From contig CAWCAL010000003.1 of assembly GCA_963793475.1 (NCBI GenBank), positions 299,628 to 363,627 of the forward strand: a stretch of 64,000 nt of DNA, given 5' to 3'. A program made the translations under genes and the position numbers. Shown piece by piece: positions 54,311 to 63,920 of this stretch (positions within the stretch are counted from its first letter, which is position 1; each line of letters starts with the position of its first letter). This DNA comes from an uncultured Acidimicrobiales bacterium. GTDB taxonomy: Bacteria > Actinomycetota > Acidimicrobiia > Acidimicrobiales > CAWCAL01. The notes below the pieces were generated by a model, which was given only the letters and a program-made list of their open reading frames with translations, was not told the DNA's origin and did no database searches.

Positions 54311-55347
54311 GCGACACGAATCCACCCCGACTGACCCAGTTCAGCCACGGCGCCGGTTGAGGCTGCAAGCTCGCCCCGGGCGAGTTGGCGCAGGTGCTGC
54401 GCCGGATGCAGACCGACCCACCGGAGAATCTTCTCGTCGGCACCGCAACGGGTGACGACGCAGCGGTCTGGCGGATCGACGCCGATCGAGCGCTCATCTC
54501 CACCGTCGACTTCATCACGCCGGTGGTGGACGACGCGCGCACCTGGGGCCGCGTCGCCGCGGCCAACAGCGTCTCGGATGTGTACGCCATGGGAGGTCGA
54601 CCGCTGTTCGCCCTCAATCTGGTGGGTTGGAACACCGACGTCCTGTCGACGGAACTGCTCGGGGAGCTTCTGGCCGGTGGCCAGGACATCGCGACCGACG
54701 GTGGCTTCGCCGTTGTCGGTGGCCACACGATCGACGACCCCGAACCCAAGTACGGGCTGTCGGTCGTCGGCGAGGTCCACCCCGACCGCATCCTGACCAA
54801 CGCCGGACTTCGGCCGGACCAGGACCTGATCCTGACCAAGCCGCTGGGCATCGGGGTCATCACCACCGCGATCAAGTCCGGCGACGCACCGGAGCCGGTC
54901 ATGGACGCCGCGGTGGCGTCGATGACCAGGCTCAACGATGAGGCATCCCGAGTGGCGCTCGCCTCGGGTGCCTCGGGGTGCACCGACGTCACCGGGTTCG
55001 GGCTGCTGGGTCACCTGGGCCGGATGGCGCTCGAGTCGGGGGTGCAGGCGACCATCGAGGTTGCGTCGGTGCCCCAGCTGCCGGGGAGCCGCGACCTCGC
55101 TGCGCAGGGCGCGATCCCGGGCGGAAGCCGGCGCAACCTCGCGTGGAGCGAGTCCTTCCTGGACGCCGGAGGCCACGACGAGCTGACGCGCCTGCTGCTC
55201 GCCGATGCGCAGACGTCCGGCGGGCTCGTGTTCGGCGTTCCGCCGGTCCGGACCGACGATGCACTGGCCCGGCTGGCCGATGGCGGCCACACCGCCGCCC
55301 GCATCGGCCGGACCAGCTCCGGCCCCGCCGGGATCGCGCTCCGGTAG
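54307..55347 (+). CDS. selD: Selenide, water dikinase (selenophosphate synthetase) with in-frame UGA = selenocysteine
   Basis: The track ORF starts at internal Met 54385 because of TGA 54358..54360. Reading from ATG 54307 gives MSDTNPPRLTQFSHGAG-U-GCKLAPGELAQVLRRM..., which is the SelD N-terminal GAG(C/U)GCK active-site loop. Downstream motifs: GDDAAV, DFITPVVDD, NSVSDVYAMGG and GGHTIDD. Confidence 0.9.
54367..54386 (+). promoter_or_regulatory. Candidate SECIS-like hairpin 7 nt after the selD UGA
   Basis: aagctcgccccgggcgagtt. AA(g)CTCGCC pairs with GGCGAGTT with one bulged G and a 3-5 nt apical loop. A second hairpin, ggcgcag-gtg-ctgcgcc, follows at 54387..54403. Not validated against any SECIS model. 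Confidence 0.35.
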
Positions 55348-55479
55348 CGGTCCGAGCCCCCCTGGTGTGGACGGGAGAAACCTCGTCGGCAGAGGACCTT
55401 CGGCCCTCCCGCGATCACCTCGGGTCGTGGTGTGATCGGAGGAAGAGCAGGACCGAGCGGAAGGATCGCGACCGTGGCC

Positions 55480-56052
55480 ATGAGAAGCGCCAGCCTGGTG
55501 GATGACCAGCTTGCGGCCCAGATCGACGTGGCCGAAGCGCGCCTCGCGGCCTTTCTGACCTGTCTCGACGAGGTGTCCGACCAGTCGATCCGCCGCCGAC
55601 TCACGGTGCGGGCCGAAGGGGTCGACCGGCGCTGCTCGACCCTCCGGGCCACCGTGGGCGAGCCCACTCCCATCCCGATCGGGACACCGACGGCGGTCGA
55701 AGACCTCGGAGCGACGATGGACACGCTCGAAGCCGATCTGGACGCTGCGACCCAGGTCGAGGCCGGCCCCTACAAGGCGGCCGCCGATCGGCAGGCTCGG
55801 GCGTGGCGGGGCCGCACCGACCGGCTCCGGGTGCAGGCGGCGCTGGGTGTCATGGAACTGAAGGACGACCTGGAGGGTCTGGCCCGTCGGCTCGACCACG
55901 TACGGGCTTCGGCCCTCGTGGAACTGCGTGAAGCGGTCAGCGATGCCAGGGATGGCGTCGAGGACGTTCGGGGCGACATGGAGGAGGTGCTCGGCGACCT
56001 GCGCCGAGCCGTCGACCGAGCGGTCGGGGCGATCGGCGACCCGGCGCCATGA
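55480..56052 (+). CDS. Hypothetical all-helical acidic/basic protein, translationally coupled to the radical SAM gene
   Basis: In-frame ATG 55480 within track ORF 55432..56052. Sequence MRSASLVDDQLAAQIDVAEARLAAFL...LKDDLEGLARRLDHVRASALVELREAVSDARDGVEDVRGDMEEVLGDLRRAVDRAV. Its stop overlaps the ATG at 56049 of the next gene (ATGA). Confidence 0.55.
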   Translation: MRSASLVDDQLAAQIDVAEARLAAFLTCLDEVSDQSIRRRLTVRAEGVDRRCSTLRATVGEPTPIPIGTPTAVEDLGATMDTLEADLDAATQVEAGPYKAAADRQARAWRGRTDRLRVQAALGVMELKDDLEGLARRLDHVRASALVELREAVSDARDGVEDVRGDMEEVLGDLRRAVDRAVGAIGDPAP

Positions 56053-57141
56053 CGGCGGTGGCCACCCGCTACTGGCACACCCTGGATGACGGGCGGGTCC
56101 AGTGCGATGTGTGCCCTCGAGCCTGCAAGCTGCGCGACGGGCAGAAGGGCGTGTGCTTCGTGCGCGGTCGGGTCGGTGACGGCATCGTCCTCCACACGTA
56201 CGGCCGCTCGAGCGGGTTCTGCGTCGACCCGATCGAGAAGAAGCCGCTCAACCACGTCCTCCCCGGCTCGACCACCTTCTCCTTCGGCACGGCCGGCTGC
56301 AATCTCGCCTGCCGGTTCTGCCAGAACTGGGACATCTCCAAGTCCAAGGAGATCGACACCCTCGCCGCCTCGGCCACCCCCGAGATGATCGCCGGAGCTG
56401 CGGACGACCTGGGGTGCCGCAGCGTGGCGTTCACCTACAACGATCCGACCATCTTCCTCGAGTACGCCATCGATGTCGCCGAGCGCGTGTCACGCTCGGG
56501 GCCTCCGGACCGTTGCCGTCACCGCCGGCTACATCTGTCCGGAGCCGCGAGCCGACTTCTATCGCCACCTCGATGCGGCCAATGTCGACCTGAAGGGGTT
56601 CAGCGAGGACTTCTACCGGCACACATGCGGGGCCGAGCTCGGCGCGGTCCTGGACACGCTGCGATACCTCGACGAAACCGACGTCTGGGTCGAGCTCACC
56701 ACCCTGTTGATCCCCGGACTCAACGACAGCGACGCCGAGCTGGACGCCATGACTGCGTGGGTCGTCGACCACCTCGGCCCTGACGTGCCCATGCACTTCT
56801 CGGCCTTCCACCCCGACTACCGGATGCTGGACCGACCGCCGACACCGCCCGAGACGCTCAGCCACGCCCGGTCCAGAGCACTCGCCAACGGCGTGCGCTA
56901 CGCCTACACCGGCAATGTCCACGACCGCGCCGGGCAGTGCACGGCCTGCGCCGCCTGCGGCGAGGTGGTGATCGACCGCGACTGGTACCGGCTGGGTCGC
57001 TACGAGCTGGACGACTCCGGCCATTGCCGGTCGTGCGGTGCGAGGATCCCCGGCATCTTCGACGGACCCTGCGGCGACGGCATCGCCACGAGTCGCCCGG
57101 TCACGCTGCACTCACCACCCGACCGGGAGCCGACCCCATGA
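56049..57141 (+). CDS. AmmeMemoRadiSam system radical SAM enzyme (one frameshift as assembled)
   Basis: Track ORFs 56049..56783 and 56473..57141 join as ...IFLEYAIDVAER | CHARGLRTVAVTAGYICPE..., with the frame change near 56484..56488. Motifs: N-terminal CDVCPRACKLRDGQKGVC, the radical SAM site GTAGCNLACRFCQNW, and a C-terminal 4-Cys ribbon CTACAACG...CRSCG. Confidence 0.85.
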
Positions 57142-57944
57142 GTACCACGCCGCGCACCGTCCGTCCTCCCGCCGTGGCCGGCACGTTCTACCCGGCCCAA
57201 CCCAGCGTGTTGCGCAGCGCGCTCCGGCGAGCCTTCGCTCGCGCCGAGCGGCCCCGCGCCGGAGCGCCCACCCCCCGAGCGCTGGTCGTCCCGCATGCCG
57301 GGTACGTGTACTCCGGAGCGGTCGCCGCCGGCGGATACCTTCGCTTGCGGCGAGCGACGCCGACCATCGAGCGGGTGGTCCTGCTCGGCCCCAGCCACTT
57401 CGTCCCCCTGGACGGTGTCGGCGTCTCCGGAGCCGACGCGTTCGCCACACCGCTGGCCGACGTGATCGTCGACGACGAGGCCCGGTCCAGGGTGCTCTCG
57501 CTTCCGGGCGTCGGGTTGAACGATGAAGCACACGAGCAGGAACACAGCTTGGAAGTGCAGCTCCCGTTCCTCCAGACCGTCCTCGACGGCTTCACCCTGC
57601 TTCCCCTTGTGGTCGGTCGGGCCGATCCCGACGATGTCGCCCGGCTCATCGACTCGTTCTGGGACGAGCCGGGGACGGTCATCGTGGTCAGCACCGATCT
57701 CTCCCACTATCACCGCTACGCCGACGCGGTTCGGCTGGACGCCCGGACCGCCGCCGCCATCGTCGCCGGGCGGGCCGACGCGATCGGCGACGCCGATGCC
57801 TGCGGGGCACGACCGCTGAGGGGGCTCCTCATCGCCGGAGGTCGCCGAGCGTGCCGGGTCGAGCGGATCGACCTCCGCAACTCGGGTGACACCACGGGGG
57901 ATCGGCAACGAGTGGTCGGGTATGGAACCTTTGCCGTCGCCTGA
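57138..57944 (+). CDS. AmmeMemoRadiSam system protein B (MEMO1 family)
   Basis: ATG 57138 overlaps the preceding stop (ATGA). Motifs: AGTFYP, VVPHAGYVYSG, LLGPSH, EHSLEVQLPFLQ and STDLSHYH. Confidence 0.85.
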   Translation: MSTTPRTVRPPAVAGTFYPAQPSVLRSALRRAFARAERPRAGAPTPRALVVPHAGYVYSGAVAAGGYLRLRRATPTIERVVLLGPSHFVPLDGVGVSGADAFATPLADVIVDDEARSRVLSLPGVGLNDEAHEQEHSLEVQLPFLQTVLDGFTLLPLVVGRADPDDVARLIDSFWDEPGTVIVVSTDLSHYHRYADAVRLDARTAAAIVAGRADAIGDADACGARPLRGLLIAGGRRACRVERIDLRNSGDTTGDRQRVVGYGTFAVA

Positions 57945-58555
57945 CCCCGTCCTCCTCACCGAGGAGGTCGACCGGCTGTTCGACGACGCACTCGAGGCCA
58001 TCGTCGGGGGTCTGGACGGTCGGCCACCGACCCTCCGGCCGCTGTCGACCCTTCCCGCCGGGCTCCGTTCCTCGATCGGGTCCTTCGTGAGCCTGTACGT
58101 CGACGACGAGCTGAACGGGTGCATCGGCACCGTCGAGCGGGTCGAACCGCTCGGTCGGGCGGTCCCACGGCTGGCGTGGTCCGCAGCATTCGGCGACCCA
58201 CGGCTTCCCCGCTGCTGCGGTCGTCCGGGATCGACCGGCTCACCATCGAGATCTCCCTGCTGTCCGCGCTCGCACCGATCGGTGCCGACTCGTCGAGACG
58301 CTGATCGAGCTCGTACTGCCTCGATGCGACGGTGTGGTCGTCCGGGCCGGCGGGCGGCAGGGATTGTTCCTGCCGAGCGTGTGGGGGCAGCTACCCGACC
58401 CCGACGCCTTCGTCGCCCAGCTCTTCCACAAGGCGGGTCTGACGCCCGGATCCTGGCCGGTCGGGACGCAGGCCCACCGCTTCACGACCACGACCTACCG
58501 GCGGGGCCCGAGCCGCCGGCCGGCCGACCCGGCCGGGATCAGAGCTTCCCGATGA
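57922..58555 (+). CDS. AmmeMemoRadiSam system protein A (AMMECR1 domain; two frameshifts as assembled)
   Basis: Three track ORFs (57886..58665, 58119..58304, 58334..58555) join into one protein. The sequence runs MEPLPSPDPV...GSFVSLYVDDELNGCIGTVE...AAFGDPRLP | PLLRSSGIDRLTIEISLLSALAPIGADS | VETLIELVLPRCDGVVVRAGGRQGLFLPSVWGQLPD... Frame changes fall at the C-run 58207..58210 and near 58290. Confidence 0.8.
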
Positions 58556-59012
58556 TCTCCTCGGCGTGCGCCGCGGTCTTCGGCCGCTTGAAGACATGCT
58601 GGATGACACCGTCCTCGTCGATGAGGAACGTCGTGCGCTGCAGTCCCGTGAACGTCTTTCCGTAGTTCTTCCGCTCGCCCCAGACGCCGTACTGCTCGAT
58701 GATGGTCCGGTCGGGATCGGCCACCAGCGGGAACGTCAGGTCGTGCTGCTCGGTGAACCGCTCGTGGCTGCTGTCGTCGTCCGGCGAGATGCCGATGACG
58801 GCGATCCCGTGCTCCTCCAGGAGTGCGAGATTGTCCCGGAGGTTGCAGGCCTGTGCGGTACAGCCCGGGGTGTTGTCCTTCGGGTAGAAGTACACCACCA
58901 CCTTTCGGCCCCGAAGCTCGGCGAGGTCGATGACCGTTCCGGTGTGGGTGGTGGCGGTGAACAGGGGCGCCGGTTGTCCGGCGTTCAGCGGGTCGGGTTT
59001 CGCGGCCATCAA
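58539..59012 (-). CDS. bcp: Peroxiredoxin Bcp (thioredoxin-dependent thiol peroxidase)
   Basis: Intact 157-aa ORF. Sequence VVVYFYPKDNTPGCTAQACNLRD carries the CxxxxC pair, followed by FPLVADPD. Confidence 0.9.
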   Translation of the reverse strand: MMAAKPDPLNAGQPAPLFTATTHTGTVIDLAELRGRKVVVYFYPKDNTPGCTAQACNLRDNLALLEEHGIAVIGISPDDDSSHERFTEQHDLTFPLVADPDRTIIEQYGVWGERKNYGKTFTGLQRTTFLIDEDGVIQHVFKRPKTAAHAEEIIGKL

Positions 59013-59136
59013 CGGCTCCTTGTCGATCGGCTCGTGATGCTAGGGCACGCTTGACAGGGGACCGCGACGACGGGAAAGATGCCCGGTCGGCGCTGCGACG
59101 CCGAATCCTCCGCCTCTCTATGCGAAAGCTGACCCC

Positions 59137-59538
59137 ATGTTCCTCGCTGCTGAATTCGGAACCGGCCAGGTGCTCTGGTCGATCTTCTACTTCTTCCTGA
59201 TCTTCCTGTGGATCTGGTTGGTCATCACCGTGTTCGTCGACATCATCCGGAGCGACGACCTCTCGGGCGGCGTGAAGGCGCTCTGGGCCGTGGTCATCAT
59301 CTTCCTCCCCTACCTCGGCATCTTCATCTATCTCATCGCTCGCGGTGGCAGCATGGCCGACCGCCAGGTCCAGGACGCCCAGGCGGCCGACGAGGCGAGA
59401 AGGGCCTACATCCGTGAGACCGCGGGCGGCTCCAGCGCAGCCGATCAGCTCGCGAAGCTCTCCGAGATGCACTCCAACGGCAAGCTGGACGACGCCGAGT
59501 ACGCCCAGGCGAAGGCGAAGGTGCTCGGGCCGACGTGA
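59137..59538 (+). CDS. PLDc_N-type small membrane protein with C-terminal SHOCT domain
   Basis: Intact 133-aa ORF. Two TMs end in KALWAVVIIFLPYLGIFIYLIARG. The C-terminus ADQLAKLSEMHSNGKLDDAEYAQAKAKVLG is a SHOCT motif. Confidence 0.75.
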   Translation: MFLAAEFGTGQVLWSIFYFFLIFLWIWLVITVFVDIIRSDDLSGGVKALWAVVIIFLPYLGIFIYLIARGGSMADRQVQDAQAADEARRAYIRETAGGSSAADQLAKLSEMHSNGKLDDAEYAQAKAKVLGPT

Positions 59539-60085
59539 GTCGCGAGGTACCGGACTGGGTCGCCGCGGCCCGTTCCGGGTGGTCCCACACTGGTCGCTCG
59601 CGGCCCGACTTCGCCGACGAACCGGGTCCGGGCCAGGAGTCGGTCTGGGATTATCCGCGGCCGCCGGTCATCGTCGCCGACCCGCGGCGGGTCGTCGTCG
59701 GGCCCCCCGACGCGCCGATCGCGGCCACCACGGCGGCCGTGCGGGTGTTGGAGACCGCCAGCCCTCCCACCTTCTACCTCCCGCCGGGCGATGTGGACCG
59801 GGACCGGCTGGTTCCGGCCGACGGGTCCTCGTTGTGCGAGTGGAAGGGCACGGCCCGGTACTGGGCCGATCGCGACCGTCCCGGGGAGCCGATCGGCTGG
59901 GAGTATCCCTCCCCGTTCGACGATTTCGCGACGCTGGCCGGCTTCCTGTCGTTCTATCCGGCCCGAGTGCCGTGTCGGGTCGACGACGAGGTCGTCCGAC
60001 CACAGGGCGGTGGCTTCTACGGGGCTGGGTGACCGACGAGATCGTCGGGCCCTTCAAGGGCGAGTCCGGGACCCAGGGCTGGTGA
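59535..60085 (+). CDS. DUF427 domain protein (one frameshift near the 3' end as assembled)
   Basis: GTG 59535 overlaps the preceding stop (GTGA). Sequence ESVWDYPRPP...TFYLPPGDV...CEWKGTARYW...VRPQGGGFYG | GWVTDEIVGPFKGESGTQGW*. The frame change is at the G-run 60021..60024, and the track ORF stops early at 60032. Confidence 0.75.
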
Positions 60086-61901
60086 GCAGCGGGGGCGCCG
60101 CTCCTACGGAGGCCGACTCGAACACCGCATCGGGGATCGGGGACCTGACGGGCTCGCAGCCACTCACCGAGGGCCTTGGCCTGCGCGTCCTGCCGCGTCG
60201 ACGCGGCCACCCCTTCGTCCAGCAGGCCTCGGATGACGAAGTTGAGTGACCGGATCGCCGGGAACCGGAATCGCTCGGTGACGAGTGGCGCCGTCTCGGG
60301 GAGCAGCTCGTGGAGCCGCTGGACGGTCAACATCGTCGTCCAACCACGCCCACGCCAGATCGGTCCGGGCGAACACGCCGAGATTGGCGTCGCCGCCCTT
60401 GTCGCCGGAACGGGCGCCGAGCACCGTGCCCAGCGCCGCCACCGTCGTCGGGCCGCCCGGCAACGGCTGTGGCGGTGCGACGTCGCGGAGCGATCGGGTC
60501 CCCCGGCGGGACCACAGACTCGACCATGACGGTGGCCGGCTGATCGCCGTCGTTCAGCATGTGCACGTACTGCGGCACCAGCTCGGCCGGCACGGTGGCC
60601 GGGCGGTAGACGCCGTAGGGCGTCGCCGCTCCCGGACCGCCTCCGAGGCCGTACATGCCGGGGATCCCGGCGAGCGCGGTGTGGACCATGGCGTCGGAGA
60701 AGGCCCGACCGACCTTGCGCTCGTCCGGGTCCTTCACCGTGAGCCGCCAGATGGCCGTCGCCTCCTCCTGGGTGGCCGGATCGGGCTTGTCCGTGCGCAC
60801 GACCCGGCTGACCGTCGAGTCGAAGTCGTCCGGCCCGTACGGGCAGGCGTCCCAGAACGCGGCCTGGGCGAAGGCGGCCTTCTCGTCGATGTCGAGCCCG
60901 GTGAGCGCGACGGTGAACGAGTTCCGGAACCCGCCCAGCTCGTTCATGGCGACCTTGAGCGTCGCGGGGGGGGCCTGGCCCCGGGTCCCGGCGACGCGGA
61001 CCCGGTCGGGACCGACCTGGTCCAGCTGGACCGTGTCGAAGCGCGCCGTCACGTCGGGCCCGAGGTAGTCCGGTCCGCCGATCTCGTACAGGAGCTGCGA
61101 CGTGACCGTCCCGACCGTGACCGCTCCCCCGGTCTCGTCGTGCTTTCCGATGACCGACGATCCGTCCTCCGCCACCTCGGCCCACGGAAACCCCAGCCGG
61201 GCGCGGCCGCCGACCTGGTCGGTCCCCTGGATCTCGTGGAAGAACGAGTAGTTGCCTCCCGTCGCCTGGGCGCTGCACTCGATGATGTGGCCGGCGACGA
61301 CCCCGCCCGCCAGGCGATCCCAGTCGTCGCGTGCCCAGCCGTGATGCCAGGCCGCCGGACCGCACGCCACCGCGGCGTCCGTGACCCGGCCGGTGATGAC
61401 GATGTCGGCGCCGCGGTCGAGCGCCTCGACGATGCCCCAACATCCGAGGTACGCGTTGGCGGTGAGGTACGCGGACGGGTCGCCCAGGTCCCCCGCAGGG
61501 CCGAAGGGCTGCAGGTGGCCGCCGTCGGCCAGCTCGACCACCCGGGGCATCAGGTCGTCGCCGCTGACGTAGGCGATCGTCGGGGCGAGGCCGAGCCCCG
61601 CCGCGACCTCGGCCACCGCGTCGGCGCACCCGTCGGGATCGAGTCCACCCGCGTTCGACACCACCTTGATGTTGCGGTCAAGGCAGGTCCCCATGACCTG
61701 TTCCATCTGCCGGACGAAGGTGCGGGCGTAGCCGCCGGCCGGATGTTTGGCCCTGATCCGGGCCAGGATCAACATGGTCAATTCGGCCAGCCAGTCGCCG
61801 GTCAGCACGTCGATCGGACCGCCCTCGACCATTTCGGTCGCGGCACTGGGGCGATCGCCGAAGAAGCCCGAGCAATTGGCGATGCGGATGGGGTCGCTCA
61901 C
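60054..61901 (-). pseudogene. AtuA-like acyclic terpene utilisation family protein (DUF1446), with about 3 frameshifts as assembled
   Basis: The GTG at 61901 overlaps the stop of the carboxylase alpha gene (GTGA). The joined sequence is given next. SDPIRIANCSGFFGDRPSAATEMVEGG...HIIECSAQATGGNYSFF...MVESVVPPG | TRSLRDVAPPQPLPGGPTTVAALGTVLGARSGDKGGDANLGVFARTDLAWAWLDDD | LTVQRLHELLPETAPLVTERFRFPAIRSLNFVIRGLLDEGVAASTRQDAQAKALGEWLRARQV | PIPDAVFES... Frame changes fall at the C-run 60500..60504, near 60330, and at the G-run 60139..60142. The 3' end is uncertain. Confidence 0.75.
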
Positions 61902-63920
61902 GAGCCGTCGGGGGCGTCGGCCGCCTCGAGCGCCACGAGAAGGTCACCGGTGTCGACGCGGTCGCCGACCGCAAAGGGCACGTCAGCGACCACCGCCGAG
62001 CCGACCGCCGTGATCCTGTGTTCCATCTTCATCGCCTCGACGACCATCAGGAGCTGGCCGTCGGCCACGCGGTCGCCGGCGTCGACGTGGACGGCGATCA
62101 CCGTGCCCGGAAGAGGGCAGATCGGTCCCCCGCCGGCCGATTCCGCCTCGTGATCCTCGAAGCGGGGGGCCCGCTGCCATGTGAGGGTGCCGGCCCGACT
62201 GCCGGTGATCGCAGTGGGGCCGTCCAGCCGGACCTCGATCACTCGCCGTAGACCGTCGAGCTCGATGACCTGGCGACCGGGAGCACGGGCCAGGAGCCGG
62301 ACCACCGCCGTTCGTCGTTCGTCAGGGGCGAGCGTGCCGTCCTCGGTGATCTCGGGCCAGGGACCGACCTTGACCGCCGCGACCTCGTCCTCGAGGACGT
62401 ATTCGAGCGGTTGGGGCACACCGTCGACGAGCCAGACCTCGCGTCGGCCCTGGGTGCGGAGATTGCGCCAGCCCGATGGGGCGAACCCGGTGACCGGGTC
62501 GGCGGCACGATCGGCGCGGTCGGACTCGAACACCGCCCCCAGCAGGAGTGCCAGCCGGTCGTCACCGGCCGGGCCGCCGCCACCGAGCGTCTCAGGGTGG
62601 CTGTCGAGGTAGGAGGTGGGCGTCCGCGCCGCGCCGAAATCGTCCTCGTCGAGAATCGCCACCAGGCTGGCCAGGTTGGTCCGGACGCCGGAGACACATG
62701 CGGTCCGCAGGGCGCGGGAGAGCCGCCGAACGGCCTCGTCCCGGGTGGGAGCGTGGGCGATGACCTTGGCCAGCAGGGAGTCGTAGTCGGGCGTGACCTC
62801 GGTCCCGGCGCGTACCCCGGCGTCGACGCGGACGTGATCGCCGATCCGGAACGCGCCGAGCCGGCCGGTGGAGGGCATCCAGTCGCGCGGCCGGGTCTTC
62901 CGCCACGAGTCGGACCTCGACGGCATGACCATCGGTGACGATCTCGTCCTGTGAGACGGGCAGGGGTTCGCCCGCCGCCACCCGCAACTGCAGCTCGACC
63001 AGATCGAGCCCGGTGACCGCCTCGGTGACCGGGTGTTCCACCTGGAGGCGGGTATTCACCTCGAGGAAGTTCACCCGTCCGTCGTCGGCGACGAGGAACT
63101 CGACCGTGCCGGCGTTCTCGTACCCGACGCTGCGGGCCAGGGCCACGGCCCCATCGCACAGAGCCCGGCGCGTGCTCTCGTCGATACCGGCCGACGGGGC
63201 CTCCTCGACGACCTTCTGATTGCGACGCTGGATCGAGCACTCCCGCTCGCCGAGATGGAGGACGCCGCCATGGGCATCGCCCATGATCTGCACCTCGATG
63301 TGCCGGCCGTGCTCGAGGTAGGGCTCGATGAAAACGGTGCCGTCCCCGAACGCCGACGCTGCCTCGCGCGACGCCGACTCGACGGCGTCGGCCAGCTCGT
63401 CCGCCTGCCGAACGATGCGCATGCCGCGACCGCCGCCGCCCGCAGCCGCCTTGACCAGGGCGGGCATGGCCACGTCGTCGGGAATGGCTCCCGGCGCGGC
63501 GGCGAGCGCCGGCGTCGTGGGCACTCCTGCGTCGACGGCGGCCTGTTTGGCCGCCACCTTGTCGCCGAGCAGGGCGATCTGGTCGGCGGTCGGTCCGACC
63601 CAGATGATCCCGGCATCGATCACGGTTCGGGCGAAGGTCGCGTTCTCGGCCAGGAATCCGTAGCCGGGGTGGATGGCCTGACAGCCGGTGTCCAGCGCGG
63701 CCTGCACGATCAGCTCGCCCCGGAGGTACGACTCGGCGGGCGAGGCGCCACCCAGCGCAACGGCCAGGTCGACCGTGTCGACGTGGAGCGCATCGGCGTC
63801 GGGCTCGGCGTAGACCCCGACCGTCCCCATACCCAGTCGGTGCGCGGTTCGGGCGATGCGCACTGCGATCTCGCCTCGGTTGGCGATGAGCAGCCGGGAG
63901 ATGGGACGGGCCGGTGCCAT
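61898..63920 (-). CDS. Biotin-dependent acyl-CoA carboxylase alpha subunit (biotin carboxylase + BCCP; MCC/geranyl-CoA carboxylase type; one frameshift as assembled)
   Basis: Track ORFs 62592..63920 and 61898..62932 join as ...GHAVEVRLVAEDPAA | (R)DWMPSTGRLGAFRI..., with the frame change near 62884..62890. Motifs: LLIANRGEIAVRI, KAAAGGGGRGMR, NTRLQVEHPVTE and the biotinylation site VVEAMKMEH. Confidence 0.9.

Noticed and set aside
55348-55479. Possible tRNA-Sec (selC) or other small RNA in the gap after selD
   Set aside because: I could not fold a cloverleaf or find a GGAAG...CCA-type acceptor pattern. The gap is more simply a 5' leader for the next gene.
54193-55899. 568-aa minus-strand ORF across selD
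   Set aside because: Antisense to selD and the helical protein gene, with no recognisable motif.
59668-61629. 653-aa minus-strand ORF
   Set aside because: Mostly out-of-frame read-through. Only the segment LTVQRLHELLPE...ALGEWLRARQV is genuine, as one frame-piece of the AtuA-like gene.
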